A stretch of DNA of 43,754 nucleotides, from positions 1 to 43,754 of the IMG/VR virus record IMGVR_UViG_3300037465_000092; one strand, 5' to 3'. Shown here one piece after another: positions 1 through 8,923 of this stretch; within the stretch, counting starts at the first letter, position 1, and each line of letters begins with the position of its first letter. The notes under the pieces were generated by a model that did no database searches, was not told the DNA's origin, and worked only from the letters and a program-made list of their open reading frames with translations. Origin of the DNA: a virus (Duplodnaviria; Caudoviricetes). A program made the position numbers and the translations under genes.

Positions 1-160
1 TATGTTATTTATGGAATGGTTATCACTATTTAGGGCGGGAAGGAATTGGTTGCATAAGGTTAATCAAACCTTAGATGACACATTTTCGATTCGTCTTAAC
101 ATGAAAAAAGAAGATTATGAAGCAGCGGCACAATACATTAATAGTAATTTATGAAAAATA
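1..160. repeat. Terminal direct repeat, left copy (circular assembly overlap)
   Basis: Bases 1-160 match 43595-43754 except at positions 27 and 34. Confidence 0.95.
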
Positions 161-321
161 AAAAACAAGACAAAAAAAAACACGGTGGCAAAAGGAGTAA
201 TGCAGGGCGCAAACCTGTTGCCGATAAGAAGCAAAGAGTTGACGTATTTATTGAAACAAGCCGCATTGAAAAGAGAGGAGGAATGGATGCAATGAAAAAG
301 TATTTGTATGATGTTGCTTAA
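151..321 (+). CDS. Small basic putative DNA-binding protein (56 aa, GGKRxNAGRK motif)
   Basis: Translated by hand: MKNKKQDKKKHGGKRSNAGRKPVADKKQRV...KKYLYDVA*. Too short for the ORF track. Its TAA stop is the TAA of the first TAAC site. Confidence 0.7.
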   Translation: MKNKKQDKKKHGGKRSNAGRKPVADKKQRVDVFIETSRIEKRGGMDAMKKYLYDVA

Positions 322-448
322 CGTTCCGCGCATTTGCTTTGTTGCCGATTTACGAAGCACAAAATTGTCTGCCGAAACGAAAAGCAAAGATATGAAAAAC
401 GAAACTCAATATAAGCAGGATGGCGGCAATAGAGCAAATGCGCTGTTA
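319..448. mobile_element. attC-like recombination site 1 (array 1)
   Basis: TAAC-GTTCC-GCGCATTTGCTTTGTTGCCG ... CGGCAATAGAGCAAATGCGC-T-GTTA forms an imperfect hairpin bounded by TAAC and GTTA. Confidence 0.75.
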
Positions 449-668
449 GCTGGCTGTGCCCCCGCCTGTATTTGCATTTGTCTTTTGTCGAAGTTGTCCA
501 ATAACGGGAATTACATTTTTGACTACCTAAAAGTCAAATTCTGCTGTCGGGGAACATTTTCAAAAACTTATCTGTCGAGGCACACGCTCTTTTGCAGGGC
601 TTTGACTGCAAATGTGCGTGTGCTATTGGATATTAACAATGAAGTGTTTATTCTTAATAAGTAAAATT

Positions 669-3287
669 ATGAGGAGAAATTATTTTGACTTACTTTCGTG
701 GGCAGAAAACCCAATTTTCATAGCACCGCCAACTACTGTGAAGCGTCACGAAACGAATGATATTGTCCAGTGTTTGATACCTCAATTGGAGGATATTGGA
801 ATCAAAAAAGTATTTTGTAAAGTTGATGTCACCACTGAAAAGTCGGGAAATAAAAGAGGTGATATTTGGATTTCTACTTCCAAATATTCCGAGAAAGCAT
901 TTGAAAAAAATATTGTCTGTCTGATAGAGGCAAAACACCGCAAGTCAAATGTTGGAGATATGGATTGGCGGGATGCGATGAAACAAGGCGCAGAAAAAGC
1001 CAAAAAGCAAAAACTGAATTTTTATATAGTTACGAATTGTGTCTCCGAAGTAAGATATTATAATATAAATAACGATGAAGAAATTTCTCTTGATGATAAA
1101 TTGCTTAATCGTTTCGTAGGAGTTGATGTATTAAAAAAAATTGGGCAACAGGTTACTGCCGAAAATTCTAATGTCAGACACAAGACTGTCACCTTAGCAA
1201 AACCATTCTCCGAATCTAAATTTCGTCAATCATTAAAAACTCTGTCTGACATTTACCGCTCTGCTGGTATAAAAAATGGCGATGACAGGATTGAACCTAC
1301 AATTAGCTTTGTCGTCTTAAAATATATTGAGGAATATGAAAAGAATGAAAGAACATTACACAAAGTAATTAAACTGTGGAGTGATTTCAGAGATATTGTA
1401 TTGGAAAGAGAAGACGGTGATTTGAAAGTTGAATTTGAAAAAATGGTAGAATATATTTGGCATAATGACCGATATAAAGAACACGCTTATAAAGATTTTA
1501 AAGACCTAATAAAGTTTCATAAAAATTTAAAGCACGAACATTTTGTAAAAATTTATACTGAGTTTGACCAGTATAATTTTCACGGAGCAGACTTTGACCT
1601 TTTTGGTGCTATCTATGAAGAATTTGCTTCTCAAACAAAAAAGAAAGAATTTGGAGAATTTTACACAAGGAGACACATTACTGGCGTAGTGTCTCGTTTA
1701 TTATTGAGAAATGAAACTAATCCAAGAGATTTAAAAATTTGTGACCCCGCTTGCGGTGCAGGCGGATTTCTGACGGAAGGATTCAAAGCATTGGTAAATA
1801 ATTATTCTGCAAACTCAAAATTAAATGAGAAAGTAAAAAAGAAATTGAAAGAAGAATATTTTTGGGGATTTGATAATGATGATAAATCAGTTGCCCGAAC
1901 TAAATTGAATATGTTTTTAGTTGGCGATGGTCATATTCATATTTATGAAAATGATTCTATAATTGGATGGGATGAAAGTAAAGGATGGGAAGAAGAAACA
2001 TTTAATTATGTTTTAACTAATCCGCCTATGGGAAAATATGATGGCGAAGCGGATGTTGCCAACTTTGATTTTACCAATGAAAGAAGAATGGAATTATTAT
2101 TTACAGAAAGAGTTGTCAAGGCAACACAATATGGTGGAGATATAGCGATTGTCTTAAATGATGGAGCATTGGAAACTCCGTCACGGTCGGGATTCAGAAA
2201 AAAATTATTGGAACACTGCAATATATATTCAATCATCTCTCTTACAAAATTTGCTTTTGCTCCATACACAAAAGAAAAAACTTATGTTCTCTTTATGTCT
2301 AAAAAGCAAAAAGATGAAATAGGGGAAATCCAAAAATTTCCAATTTGGCATTACATTCTTGATTATGATGGATACGCTAATAGCGATAAGCGATATAAAA
2401 CTAAATATCACGATGACATTGCAGAATTAGAAAATCTTTTTCCTTTGGCTGTCACTAATGCTAAGAATCATTCTAATAAAAAAATATTTAATCAGCATAA
2501 ATCTAATTATGAAAGAAAAGTCAATAAGAGAGAGAAGGAAGAAGGATTGGTAGGATATAAATTCAAATATGTGGAAATGTCCGAAATTAAAAGTGAAAAT
2601 TATTACAACTTAATTTCAGAATTTCATTTGAGACCTTATGAACTTTCAAAATATAAACTAAAAGAGTTTGTAGAATTAGCAAGTAAAATTTTAAGAAAAA
2701 AGATTTCATTAAAGAAGCCAAAGAAAATAATTCAAGAGAAAATAGAAAATATGTTTTCATTTGAGGGTGGCAATAGTGGACTTACGGAAGAATTTGTTTA
2801 TCACCATCAACCCAATTCAATAGATGAACAGTTAAAAATTCTTTCAAGTGCTACTATTGAAGATAAAAATATGGGCTTTGTTTCAAAGTCAGCAAAGATA
2901 GATGGAAGGCAAATAAAAATATTTTCAGGAGAATCTATTTTGATTGCTCGTAATGGATATGCGGGGTCAATGACATATTTTAAAAACTTTACTTATACAA
3001 CAAATGACCACGCTTATGTGATGACCGTAAAACCAGAATGGAAGAAAAAAATAAATTTAAGATTCATCGCTTTTTATTTACAACCATTGTTTTTTAATAT
3101 TGTCACCTCAAAAAGCGATAATGCTACATTCAATAAAGAATATGCTGAATTACAAACGATAAATCTTCCCGATATTAATTATCAAAATACTGTCGGAGAA
3201 TTATTAATTAAACTTGATGAACATAAAGAAAATTTAGAATCTTATTTGTCCGCAATTGATAAATTGAAAAGTTCCGAAGTCATATAG
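669..3287 (+). CDS. Fused restriction-modification enzyme (type IIG-like: PD-(D/E)xK nuclease, N6-adenine methyltransferase, TRD/S-like C-terminus); cassette cargo
   Basis: GDIW...LIEAK nuclease motif, GEFYTR, DPACGAGGFL (motif I), NPPM (motif IV) and an HsdS-like C-terminus (ARNGYAG...TTNDHAY). ATG 669 preferred over GTG 612. Confidence 0.85.
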   Translation: MRRNYFDLLSWAENPIFIAPPTTVKRHETNDIVQCLIPQLEDIGIKKVFCKVDVTTEKSGNKRGDIWISTSKYSEKAFEKNIVCLIEAKHRKSNVGDMDWRDAMKQGAEKAKKQKLNFYIVTNCVSEVRYYNINNDEEISLDDKLLNRFVGVDVLKKIGQQVTAENSNVRHKTVTLAKPFSESKFRQSLKTLSDIYRSAGIKNGDDRIEPTISFVVLKYIEEYEKNERTLHKVIKLWSDFRDIVLEREDGDLKVEFEKMVEYIWHNDRYKEHAYKDFKDLIKFHKNLKHEHFVKIYTEFDQYNFHGADFDLFGAIYEEFASQTKKKEFGEFYTRRHITGVVSRLLLRNETNPRDLKICDPACGAGGFLTEGFKALVNNYSANSKLNEKVKKKLKEEYFWGFDNDDKSVARTKLNMFLVGDGHIHIYENDSIIGWDESKGWEEETFNYVLTNPPMGKYDGEADVANFDFTNERRMELLFTERVVKATQYGGDIAIVLNDGALETPSRSGFRKKLLEHCNIYSIISLTKFAFAPYTKEKTYVLFMSKKQKDEIGEIQKFPIWHYILDYDGYANSDKRYKTKYHDDIAELENLFPLAVTNAKNHSNKKIFNQHKSNYERKVNKREKEEGLVGYKFKYVEMSEIKSENYYNLISEFHLRPYELSKYKLKEFVELASKILRKKISLKKPKKIIQEKIENMFSFEGGNSGLTEEFVYHHQPNSIDEQLKILSSATIEDKNMGFVSKSAKIDGRQIKIFSGESILIARNGYAGSMTYFKNFTYTTNDHAYVMTVKPEWKKKINLRFIAFYLQPLFFNIVTSKSDNATFNKEYAELQTINLPDINYQNTVGELLIKLDEHKENLESYLSAIDKLKSSEVI

Positions 3288-3561
3288 TTGTATTTGATTT
3301 GGCTCTTTTGACTTTGCCCCTATAAAAGTTTCAGGGCTGTTGGGGCAAAGGCAAATGTGCCAAATGGCTGTAATAAGTTTTTGAAAATGTTCTTTTGAAT
3401 TGTCTGTCGAGCCGAGCGCAACTGTCCAACGATGCAAAGCGTGAATGAAAAAAAGTTACTGTCGAGCGTTGATAAACTGTCGTGATGAAAAGTCCACGAA
3501 GCGAGGAGTTGTCGGTTTACTGCGAAGTTGTCCACGAAGCATAGGCGGGGGGCATTGCAGC

Positions 3562-3657
3562 TAACGGTTTTGGGCTTTGCGTTCGTTTGGTGGCCACGAC
3601 ACAGCTTCCAAGTTTGCACAAAGCTCAATGCCACCTAATGACGCAAAACCCGTGTTA
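3562..3657. mobile_element. attC-like recombination site 2 (array 1)
   Basis: TAAC-GGTTTT-GGGCTTTGCGTTCGTTTGGTGGC ... GCCACCTAATGACGCAAAACCC-GT-GTTA hairpin. Confidence 0.75.
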
Positions 3658-3730
3658 TGCGTATGTGGCGGTTAATTTAGAATAAACTTTAATTGAAAAC
3701 GAAAACAGAAACAAAAAGAAAAAAGAAGCG

Positions 3731-4420
3731 ATGGCATTAAAAGATAAATATTTCATTGAAAAAATAAGCCGATATACAGCAAAAAAGCTGTTAGATGAAT
3801 ACCACTATTTGCACGAAGAAGGCAATTTCAGGAGTGGAATTAACTTTGGCTTATTTGAAAATGAAAGCCGTTTATTGATTGGTGTTTGTGTGTTTCATAC
3901 TGTATCAGCAAAAGAAATTGTAAAAGGTTGCTTTGCCATACAATCTTATAAGTTAGATGGCTTTATGGAATTAGGCAGACTTTGTATGAACCCCCATAAA
4001 CACGAAAAAAATCTTACATCATTTTTTCTTTCAGGTAGTATAAAATTGCTTCGTAAAATTGAAAAAGTAGTTGCATTGCTTACTTATGCTGATAGCGACC
4101 ACCACACAGGTTATATTTATCAGGCTTGCAATTTTAAATACTACGGACTTACTTCGCCAAAGAAAGATTTTTTTATCTTACAAGCAGATGGTTCATACAA
4201 AAAACTGCAAAGGGGAAAGTGCAGACATTTAAACGGTGAATGGAGAGATAAAAGCCAAAAGCATAGATATTTGATTATTTACGACCAAAGCCTAAAAACA
4301 ATATGGCAAGAGCAGCCATACCCAAAAGCTGAACAAAAAGCACCTTTTAACTTTGAACACACAGACAAACCAAATCAAGAATTTATGCCTTATGAAACAG
4401 CTCAACTTAAAATGTTTTAA
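3731..4420 (+). CDS. Mom-like (GNAT-fold) DNA modification protein; cassette cargo
   Basis: YHYL, ELGRLC and LLTYAD..HHTGYIYQACNFKYYG motifs resemble the phage Mu Mom family. Confidence 0.7.
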   Translation: MALKDKYFIEKISRYTAKKLLDEYHYLHEEGNFRSGINFGLFENESRLLIGVCVFHTVSAKEIVKGCFAIQSYKLDGFMELGRLCMNPHKHEKNLTSFFLSGSIKLLRKIEKVVALLTYADSDHHTGYIYQACNFKYYGLTSPKKDFFILQADGSYKKLQRGKCRHLNGEWRDKSQKHRYLIIYDQSLKTIWQEQPYPKAEQKAPFNFEHTDKPNQEFMPYETAQLKMF

Positions 4421-4495
4421 AATGTGCGATGGGCTTTTTTCTTTTTGTTTCCTACACAAAACTGTCTTTGGAAACGGTCAGATAGCCATTACGCA

Positions 4496-4530
4496 TAACT
4501 CATTTATTAGCGAACATTTTTTATTTTTAC
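4496..4530. mobile_element. Putative attI-like array terminus (array 1)
   Basis: TAACTCATTTATTAGCGAACATTTTTTATTTTTAC; near-identical to 40306-40341 and not followed by a hairpin. Confidence 0.6.
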
Positions 4531-4534
4531 TTTA

Positions 4535-4774
4535 ATGATAAACAATGAGATAAAAATAAAATGGTGGTCAGAGGAGTATAAAATAGGCTTCACATCTGAT
4601 AGACTTGCATACAGATTAAATCAAGATAAATCAGTTACCCGATTAAATCGAGAATATTCCGTTAACAGAATAGTGTACAGAGCTAAGGGTGAAACAAAAG
4701 TAATAGGCGAAAAAACACTTTTTAAAACCTTGCAAAAGAAAGAAAAAATATTAGTACAGCATTGTCCATTTTAA
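4535..4774 (+). CDS. Hypothetical protein
   Basis: 79 aa ORF in a co-oriented gene run. Confidence 0.6.
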   Translation: MINNEIKIKWWSEEYKIGFTSDRLAYRLNQDKSVTRLNREYSVNRIVYRAKGETKVIGEKTLFKTLQKKEKILVQHCPF

Positions 4775-4790
4775 CATTAAAAAAACAACT

Positions 4791-5060
4791 ATGATGCAAA
4801 ATAGAAAAAGAAAGCCGTTAATAAAAAAAAAATACGAAGAGTTAACACTTGGCGAAAAATTAAAATACTGGAAAAGATACCAAAAGGGGCTTATTGACTT
4901 TGTCGAATCAGATAAAATGAGTTATAGAGAGTTGGAATGTGTAATCAACGAGATTCAGGAAGTAGAAAGAAAAATAAAATCAATTCAGGAAGCGATGCAG
5001 ATAAATAGAGAAAAATCTATCTTTGTGGAAGATATTACAAGCATAAACCAATTATTCTGA
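4791..5060 (+). CDS. Hypothetical coiled-coil protein
   Basis: 89 aa ORF; its stop overlaps the next start. Confidence 0.6.
   Translation: MMQNRKRKPLIKKKYEELTLGEKLKYWKRYQKGLIDFVESDKMSYRELECVINEIQEVERKIKSIQEAMQINREKSIFVEDITSINQLF
5018..5025 (+). promoter_or_regulatory. Bacteroidota-type -7 promoter element (TATCTTTG)
   Basis: Matches TAnnTTTG about 35 bp upstream of the ORF at 5060. Confidence 0.4.
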
Positions 5061-5515
5061 TGAGGTTCTCTTTACAAATCGTCTTCTTTTCTGGCATAGG
5101 AATACTTTGTGTTATTATGTATGCTCTTGGCTACTCTCAAAAGAAATGCCCAGACTTAACACAGAGCCCAATAGTCTATATCGAATACCCCAATGATATG
5201 CTTACTAAAGAAAATGTGGAAGCAGAAATAAAAAGGGCTAAAATAAAATTCCCTTCAATAGTTTTTAAACAGGTCATGCTTGAAACAGGTAATCTCAAAT
5301 GCAATAATTGTTCGTTGCAAAAGAATAACCTCTTTGGCTTTCAAAGGGACTCATCAGGCTATTTATGCTTCGAAACATGGGTGGCTTCTATTTACAAATA
5401 TAAATCATGGCAGGAAAAGAATTGGGACAGCACAAAATACGACAATTATTATCAATGCCTTGAAAAGAGATGGAAAGCTGATTCCGGTTATGTAAAAAGA
5501 TTAATGCAGTTTTAA
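5060..5515 (+). CDS. Glucosaminidase/lysozyme-like peptidoglycan hydrolase with N-terminal TM segment (possible SAR-type endolysin)
   Basis: Hydrophobic N-terminus plus QVMLETG...NNLFG, typical of GH73-like glucosaminidases. Confidence 0.65.
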   Translation: MRFSLQIVFFSGIGILCVIMYALGYSQKKCPDLTQSPIVYIEYPNDMLTKENVEAEIKRAKIKFPSIVFKQVMLETGNLKCNNCSLQKNNLFGFQRDSSGYLCFETWVASIYKYKSWQEKNWDSTKYDNYYQCLEKRWKADSGYVKRLMQF

Positions 5516-5524
5516 TTATTCGCT

Positions 5525-5863
5525 GTGAAAAAAGAAGATTCGCTAACAATATCTGTTGCCACTTTTTTGCGTATGCAATATCCGGATGTATTAGCATTTC
5601 ATATAGCCAACGAAAGAAAAACATCTCCTCGTCACGGAGCAAAATTAAAACGGATGGGTGTTCTTGCGGGTGTTTCCGACTTCTTCATAGCAGAAGCAAG
5701 GCGTGGCTTTAACGGTATGTTCTTGGAGCTAAAAATAAAACCTAACAAACTTACAGAAAACCAAAAAACATTCATACAAAAAGCACAAAGAAAGGGATAT
5801 AAAGCGTATGTGGCTTACGATATAGACGAAGCTATAAAAGTTATTGAGGAATATTTAAAATGA
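5525..5863 (+). CDS. VRR-NUC domain nuclease
   Basis: FHIANE...LKRMGVLAGVSD...FLELK...LTENQKTF pattern. Confidence 0.85.
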   Translation: MKKEDSLTISVATFLRMQYPDVLAFHIANERKTSPRHGAKLKRMGVLAGVSDFFIAEARRGFNGMFLELKIKPNKLTENQKTFIQKAQRKGYKAYVAYDIDEAIKVIEEYLK

Positions 5864-6081
5864 CAGAAGCATACATAACAATTATAAAATTAAAAGCATT
5901 CGATAGGGAAATCATTGATTTCTGTATATCTGAAGCGCCAATGAACAAAGATGATGTCAAAGATTTTGTTTTCAAAAAATGCCACACCGGATTCCCAATA
6001 AGCTCCCAACATTTTGTTATTAAAAGTAAAGAAACAAAAATTTATCCACAACCCAAAAGTGAAATTGTTATAAATAAATAA
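5860..6081 (+). CDS. Hypothetical protein
   Basis: 73 aa; ATGA overlap with the upstream gene. Confidence 0.55.
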   Translation: MTEAYITIIKLKAFDREIIDFCISEAPMNKDDVKDFVFKKCHTGFPISSQHFVIKSKETKIYPQPKSEIVINK

Positions 6082-6089
6082 ATTATTTG

Positions 6090-6097
6090 TATATTTG
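6090..6097 (+). promoter_or_regulatory. Bacteroidota-type -7 promoter (TATATTTG) for the terminase genes
   Basis: Consensus TAnnTTTG in an AT-rich intergenic gap. Confidence 0.6.
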
Positions 6098-6121
6098 CAA
6101 TCTATAATAGATTGATATAGA

Positions 6122-6424
6122 ATGGCTAAACAAAAAGGCTCTCCTAAAACAGGCGGCAGACAAAAGGGTACACCAAACAAAAGTACGGAGAAAATTCGCA
6201 ATGCTTTCGGTCAGCTCGTGGAAAACAATTTAGATAATATTGCTAATTGGCTTAATCAGGTAGCAAAAAATAATCCAACAGAGGCGTTAAAGATGATGCA
6301 CCAATTCGCGCAATACTCTGTGCCGCTGCTTGCGCGGCAAGAATTAACTGGTGCTGATGGTGCTGAATTAAATCCACCTCAATTTGTAATTGAACTCAAT
6401 GAAACTAAGCCAAAAGCAAACTGA
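6122..6424 (+). CDS. Terminase small subunit
   Basis: GGRQKGTPNK N-terminal motif, ELTGADG C-terminal motif, directly upstream of the large subunit. Confidence 0.75.
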   Translation: MAKQKGSPKTGGRQKGTPNKSTEKIRNAFGQLVENNLDNIANWLNQVAKNNPTEALKMMHQFAQYSVPLLARQELTGADGAELNPPQFVIELNETKPKAN

Positions 6425-7709
6425 GGCTTACAAGTTAGCATTATCAGGAACAAAGCGGGTGATACTTTACGGAGGGGCTATTCGAGGGGGTAAGTCCTAT
6501 TGGCTTCTTTTAACATTCATATCTTTATGTTCTAAATATCCCAAAAGCAGATGGTGCGTTGTTCGTGAATCACTTCCCACGCTTAAACGGACGCTCATAG
6601 TTTCACTTCAACAGATAATTGAACAAGGGCTACAACCGCATATAAAAGAGTTTAACAGAGACACGTTTACATTAACATTTAAGAATGGTTCACAAATAAT
6701 ATTTATGGCTGAATCTTTTGACGAGGATAAGGAGCTAAATAGATTTAGAGGACTTGAAATAAACGGTGGTGGATTTGATGAGCTTAACGAATGCAATCAG
6801 GCTACTTTCTACAAAATGATTGAGCGAGCAGGAACGTGGAATCATGCTATTGGCAATGCGCCAATATTGGTGTTAAGCACTTGCAACCCGACACACGAAT
6901 GGGTGAAAGAGGTTTGGTACGACAGATGGGTTGATAACACATTACCACAAACATGGGAATATATTCCGGCCAAGATAACCGACAATCCCTATGTAAGCAG
7001 CGAATATCTTGAAAGTTTGAAAGAAAATATGCCGGAAGATGAATATCGAAAATTTGTAAATGGCGATTGGAATGTCGTTAAAATAGTTAATCCGTTTTTT
7101 TATGCTTACGATAAACAAAGGCATACATCTGCCGAAGCGGTGTTTAATCCCAACAGACAAATATTTATTTCGGTTGATTTTAATCTAAATCCTTTCTCGG
7201 TAATATTTGCGCATATATGGCGGGACAATAAAATGCACTGCCACATATTTGACGAGATGAGCATTGAAAATGGCTCTATTGGCTCTTTATGCGACCACAT
7301 ACAATCAAAATATGGCAAGTATAAGTATGCTTTTAATATTACTGGTGATGCTATGGGGAAGCGTGGCGATATAACACAAAGGGATAATGCTTCGCTTTAT
7401 TTACAAATAGAACGCCAACTTAATTTGAGTGGCAGGCAGTTTAAGTTGCCATCTAATCCTACGCATGAAAATAGCAGGGCGATGTCTAACTTCATTCTCC
7501 ACAATCTCGACGACTTTAAGATAAACCCTAATTGCAAAGAAACAGAAACGGATATGCGAATAGTTCAATGCGATGCTTACGGCACAATTATAAAAAAGAA
7601 TCGCAAAGACATATCAGAAAGAGCAGATAAAGCAGATTGCGTGCGCTATCTTTTCAATACTTTTTTATATGATTGGTACATGCAAAATAATTTTTATTTT
7701 AAAAAATAA
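6399..7709 (+). CDS. terL: Terminase large subunit (PBSX-like)
   Basis: Walker A YGGAIRGGKS, Walker B FDELNE, coupling motif TCNP, nuclease DFN...DKADCVRY. Confidence 0.92.
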   Translation: MKLSQKQTEAYKLALSGTKRVILYGGAIRGGKSYWLLLTFISLCSKYPKSRWCVVRESLPTLKRTLIVSLQQIIEQGLQPHIKEFNRDTFTLTFKNGSQIIFMAESFDEDKELNRFRGLEINGGGFDELNECNQATFYKMIERAGTWNHAIGNAPILVLSTCNPTHEWVKEVWYDRWVDNTLPQTWEYIPAKITDNPYVSSEYLESLKENMPEDEYRKFVNGDWNVVKIVNPFFYAYDKQRHTSAEAVFNPNRQIFISVDFNLNPFSVIFAHIWRDNKMHCHIFDEMSIENGSIGSLCDHIQSKYGKYKYAFNITGDAMGKRGDITQRDNASLYLQIERQLNLSGRQFKLPSNPTHENSRAMSNFILHNLDDFKINPNCKETETDMRIVQCDAYGTIIKKNRKDISERADKADCVRYLFNTFLYDWYMQNNFYFKK

Positions 7710-7712
7710 TTG

Positions 7713-7720
7713 TATATTTG
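7713..7720 (+). promoter_or_regulatory. Bacteroidota-type -7 promoter (TATATTTG)
   Basis: Consensus match in the intergenic gap after terL. Confidence 0.5.
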
Positions 7721-7770
7721 CGCATGAATAATTTATTTGGTATAATCTTGCCAGAAGACGAAATAAAAAA

Positions 7771-8151
7771 ATGAGTGTTTGTAACCCTTGCACACCAACA
7801 GAGCCTATTGCTAATTGTATAACTGATTTAGTTGTAGGTAAGATAGCATTCTTGTCAACGGCAGTCTATGTCTTTCTTCATGACATTACCCTTGATAGAA
7901 TAGTGCGCTTCAGCACAACTTCAAGCCCTACGGGAATAGTAACAATACAACGCGGCTCACAGGTATTTATGCCAGACCATTCTTACGAAATATGGATTAC
8001 ACTGACAACCGCAACCAATCCAAACGCACCCAAAGAATCTATTCAAATAGGTTCTAATTATTATGATTGTCTTTCTGTTAGGTTTCAGAAGGTTTATGAT
8101 AGTACTAACACATCCGTGAGTTATTTGTCGCAAACACTAAATCCAATATGA
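7771..8151 (+). CDS. Putative virion protein (Cys-rich N-terminus)
   Basis: 126 aa, beta-rich, in the morphogenesis region. Confidence 0.5.
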   Translation: MSVCNPCTPTEPIANCITDLVVGKIAFLSTAVYVFLHDITLDRIVRFSTTSSPTGIVTIQRGSQVFMPDHSYEIWITLTTATNPNAPKESIQIGSNYYDCLSVRFQKVYDSTNTSVSYLSQTLNPI

Positions 8152-8600
8152 GCATTGAACAATTGTTGCTGACAATAATATCCATTTCTGCTTTCTGTTT
8201 GGGATTTAGAACAATTACAGACGATGGTATGATTCTTCATTTTTTAAGGAAGCCGTTTTTATATTTTCAAAATCAATTAAAAGAAATTAATGAAAGTCTC
8301 GAAAAAGAATCTAATATTTTAAAGGCATTTAAGAGCGGAGGTGCTAATGTTATGAAAGTAGAAGAGATAAAATGGACTATTGACTGTTTGAAATATGAAT
8401 ATTTTTTTTGCAATGCCTGTGTTTATGCGCTTAAGCCGATAATTGGCTGTTGCGCTTGCTTTGCCTCTGTTTGGGGACTGTTTGTATTTTATTCACTCAA
8501 CGGATTATCTACCCACTTATGGAAAGAGATTATTATTTGTTGCACGAGCGCATCGTTTATTAATTATTTTTGTTGGACTTATTTAGAAAAGAAGCTATGA
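8148..8600 (+). CDS. Putative membrane protein
   Basis: Several hydrophobic segments and a CCAC motif. Confidence 0.55.
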   Translation: MSIEQLLLTIISISAFCLGFRTITDDGMILHFLRKPFLYFQNQLKEINESLEKESNILKAFKSGGANVMKVEEIKWTIDCLKYEYFFCNACVYALKPIIGCCACFASVWGLFVFYSLNGLSTHLWKEIIICCTSASFINYFCWTYLEKKL

Positions 8601-8923
8601 AAAAGGGACAAATTATTAACTTCCATAATGAGATAACCGACTGGATTAATAAAGGCTCTGTACTCGCCTATTTCAATCGTTCGCGCATTCAAGACTTTTA
8701 CAAGGAATATAATACAAGGATTCAAAAGATACAAAAGGAGATTAATGATTTGCGGGATAGCTATTATGTTGTTGAAGATGGCAAGATAAAAATTGCGGAA
8801 GATGGCAAGCCTATTATGTTGGAAGGTAAAACTAATGAGGAGGCAAATCAATCGTTTCAGGACTTAATGAATCAAGACGTTTCGGAAGGAATACAACTAA
8901 TAAAACCGCTTATTGCTTCGTAA
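8597..8923 (+). CDS. Hypothetical protein
   Basis: ATG 8597 overlaps the upstream stop (ATGA). Confidence 0.6.
   Translation: MKKGQIINFHNEITDWINKGSVLAYFNRSRIQDFYKEYNTRIQKIQKEINDLRDSYYVVEDGKIKIAEDGKPIMLEGKTNEEANQSFQDLMNQDVSEGIQLIKPLIAS

Noticed and set aside
1-160. Terminal repeat as a biological DTR or attL/attR
   Set aside because: It falls mid-gene and is best explained as circular assembly overlap. The two mismatches are near the contig edge and may be read errors or strain variation.
308-664. 118-aa ORF spanning hairpin 1 as a standalone gene
   Set aside because: It overlaps the 151-321 gene and runs through repeat-rich flank sequence. Only the internal ATG at 392 is plausible and its expression is unsupported.
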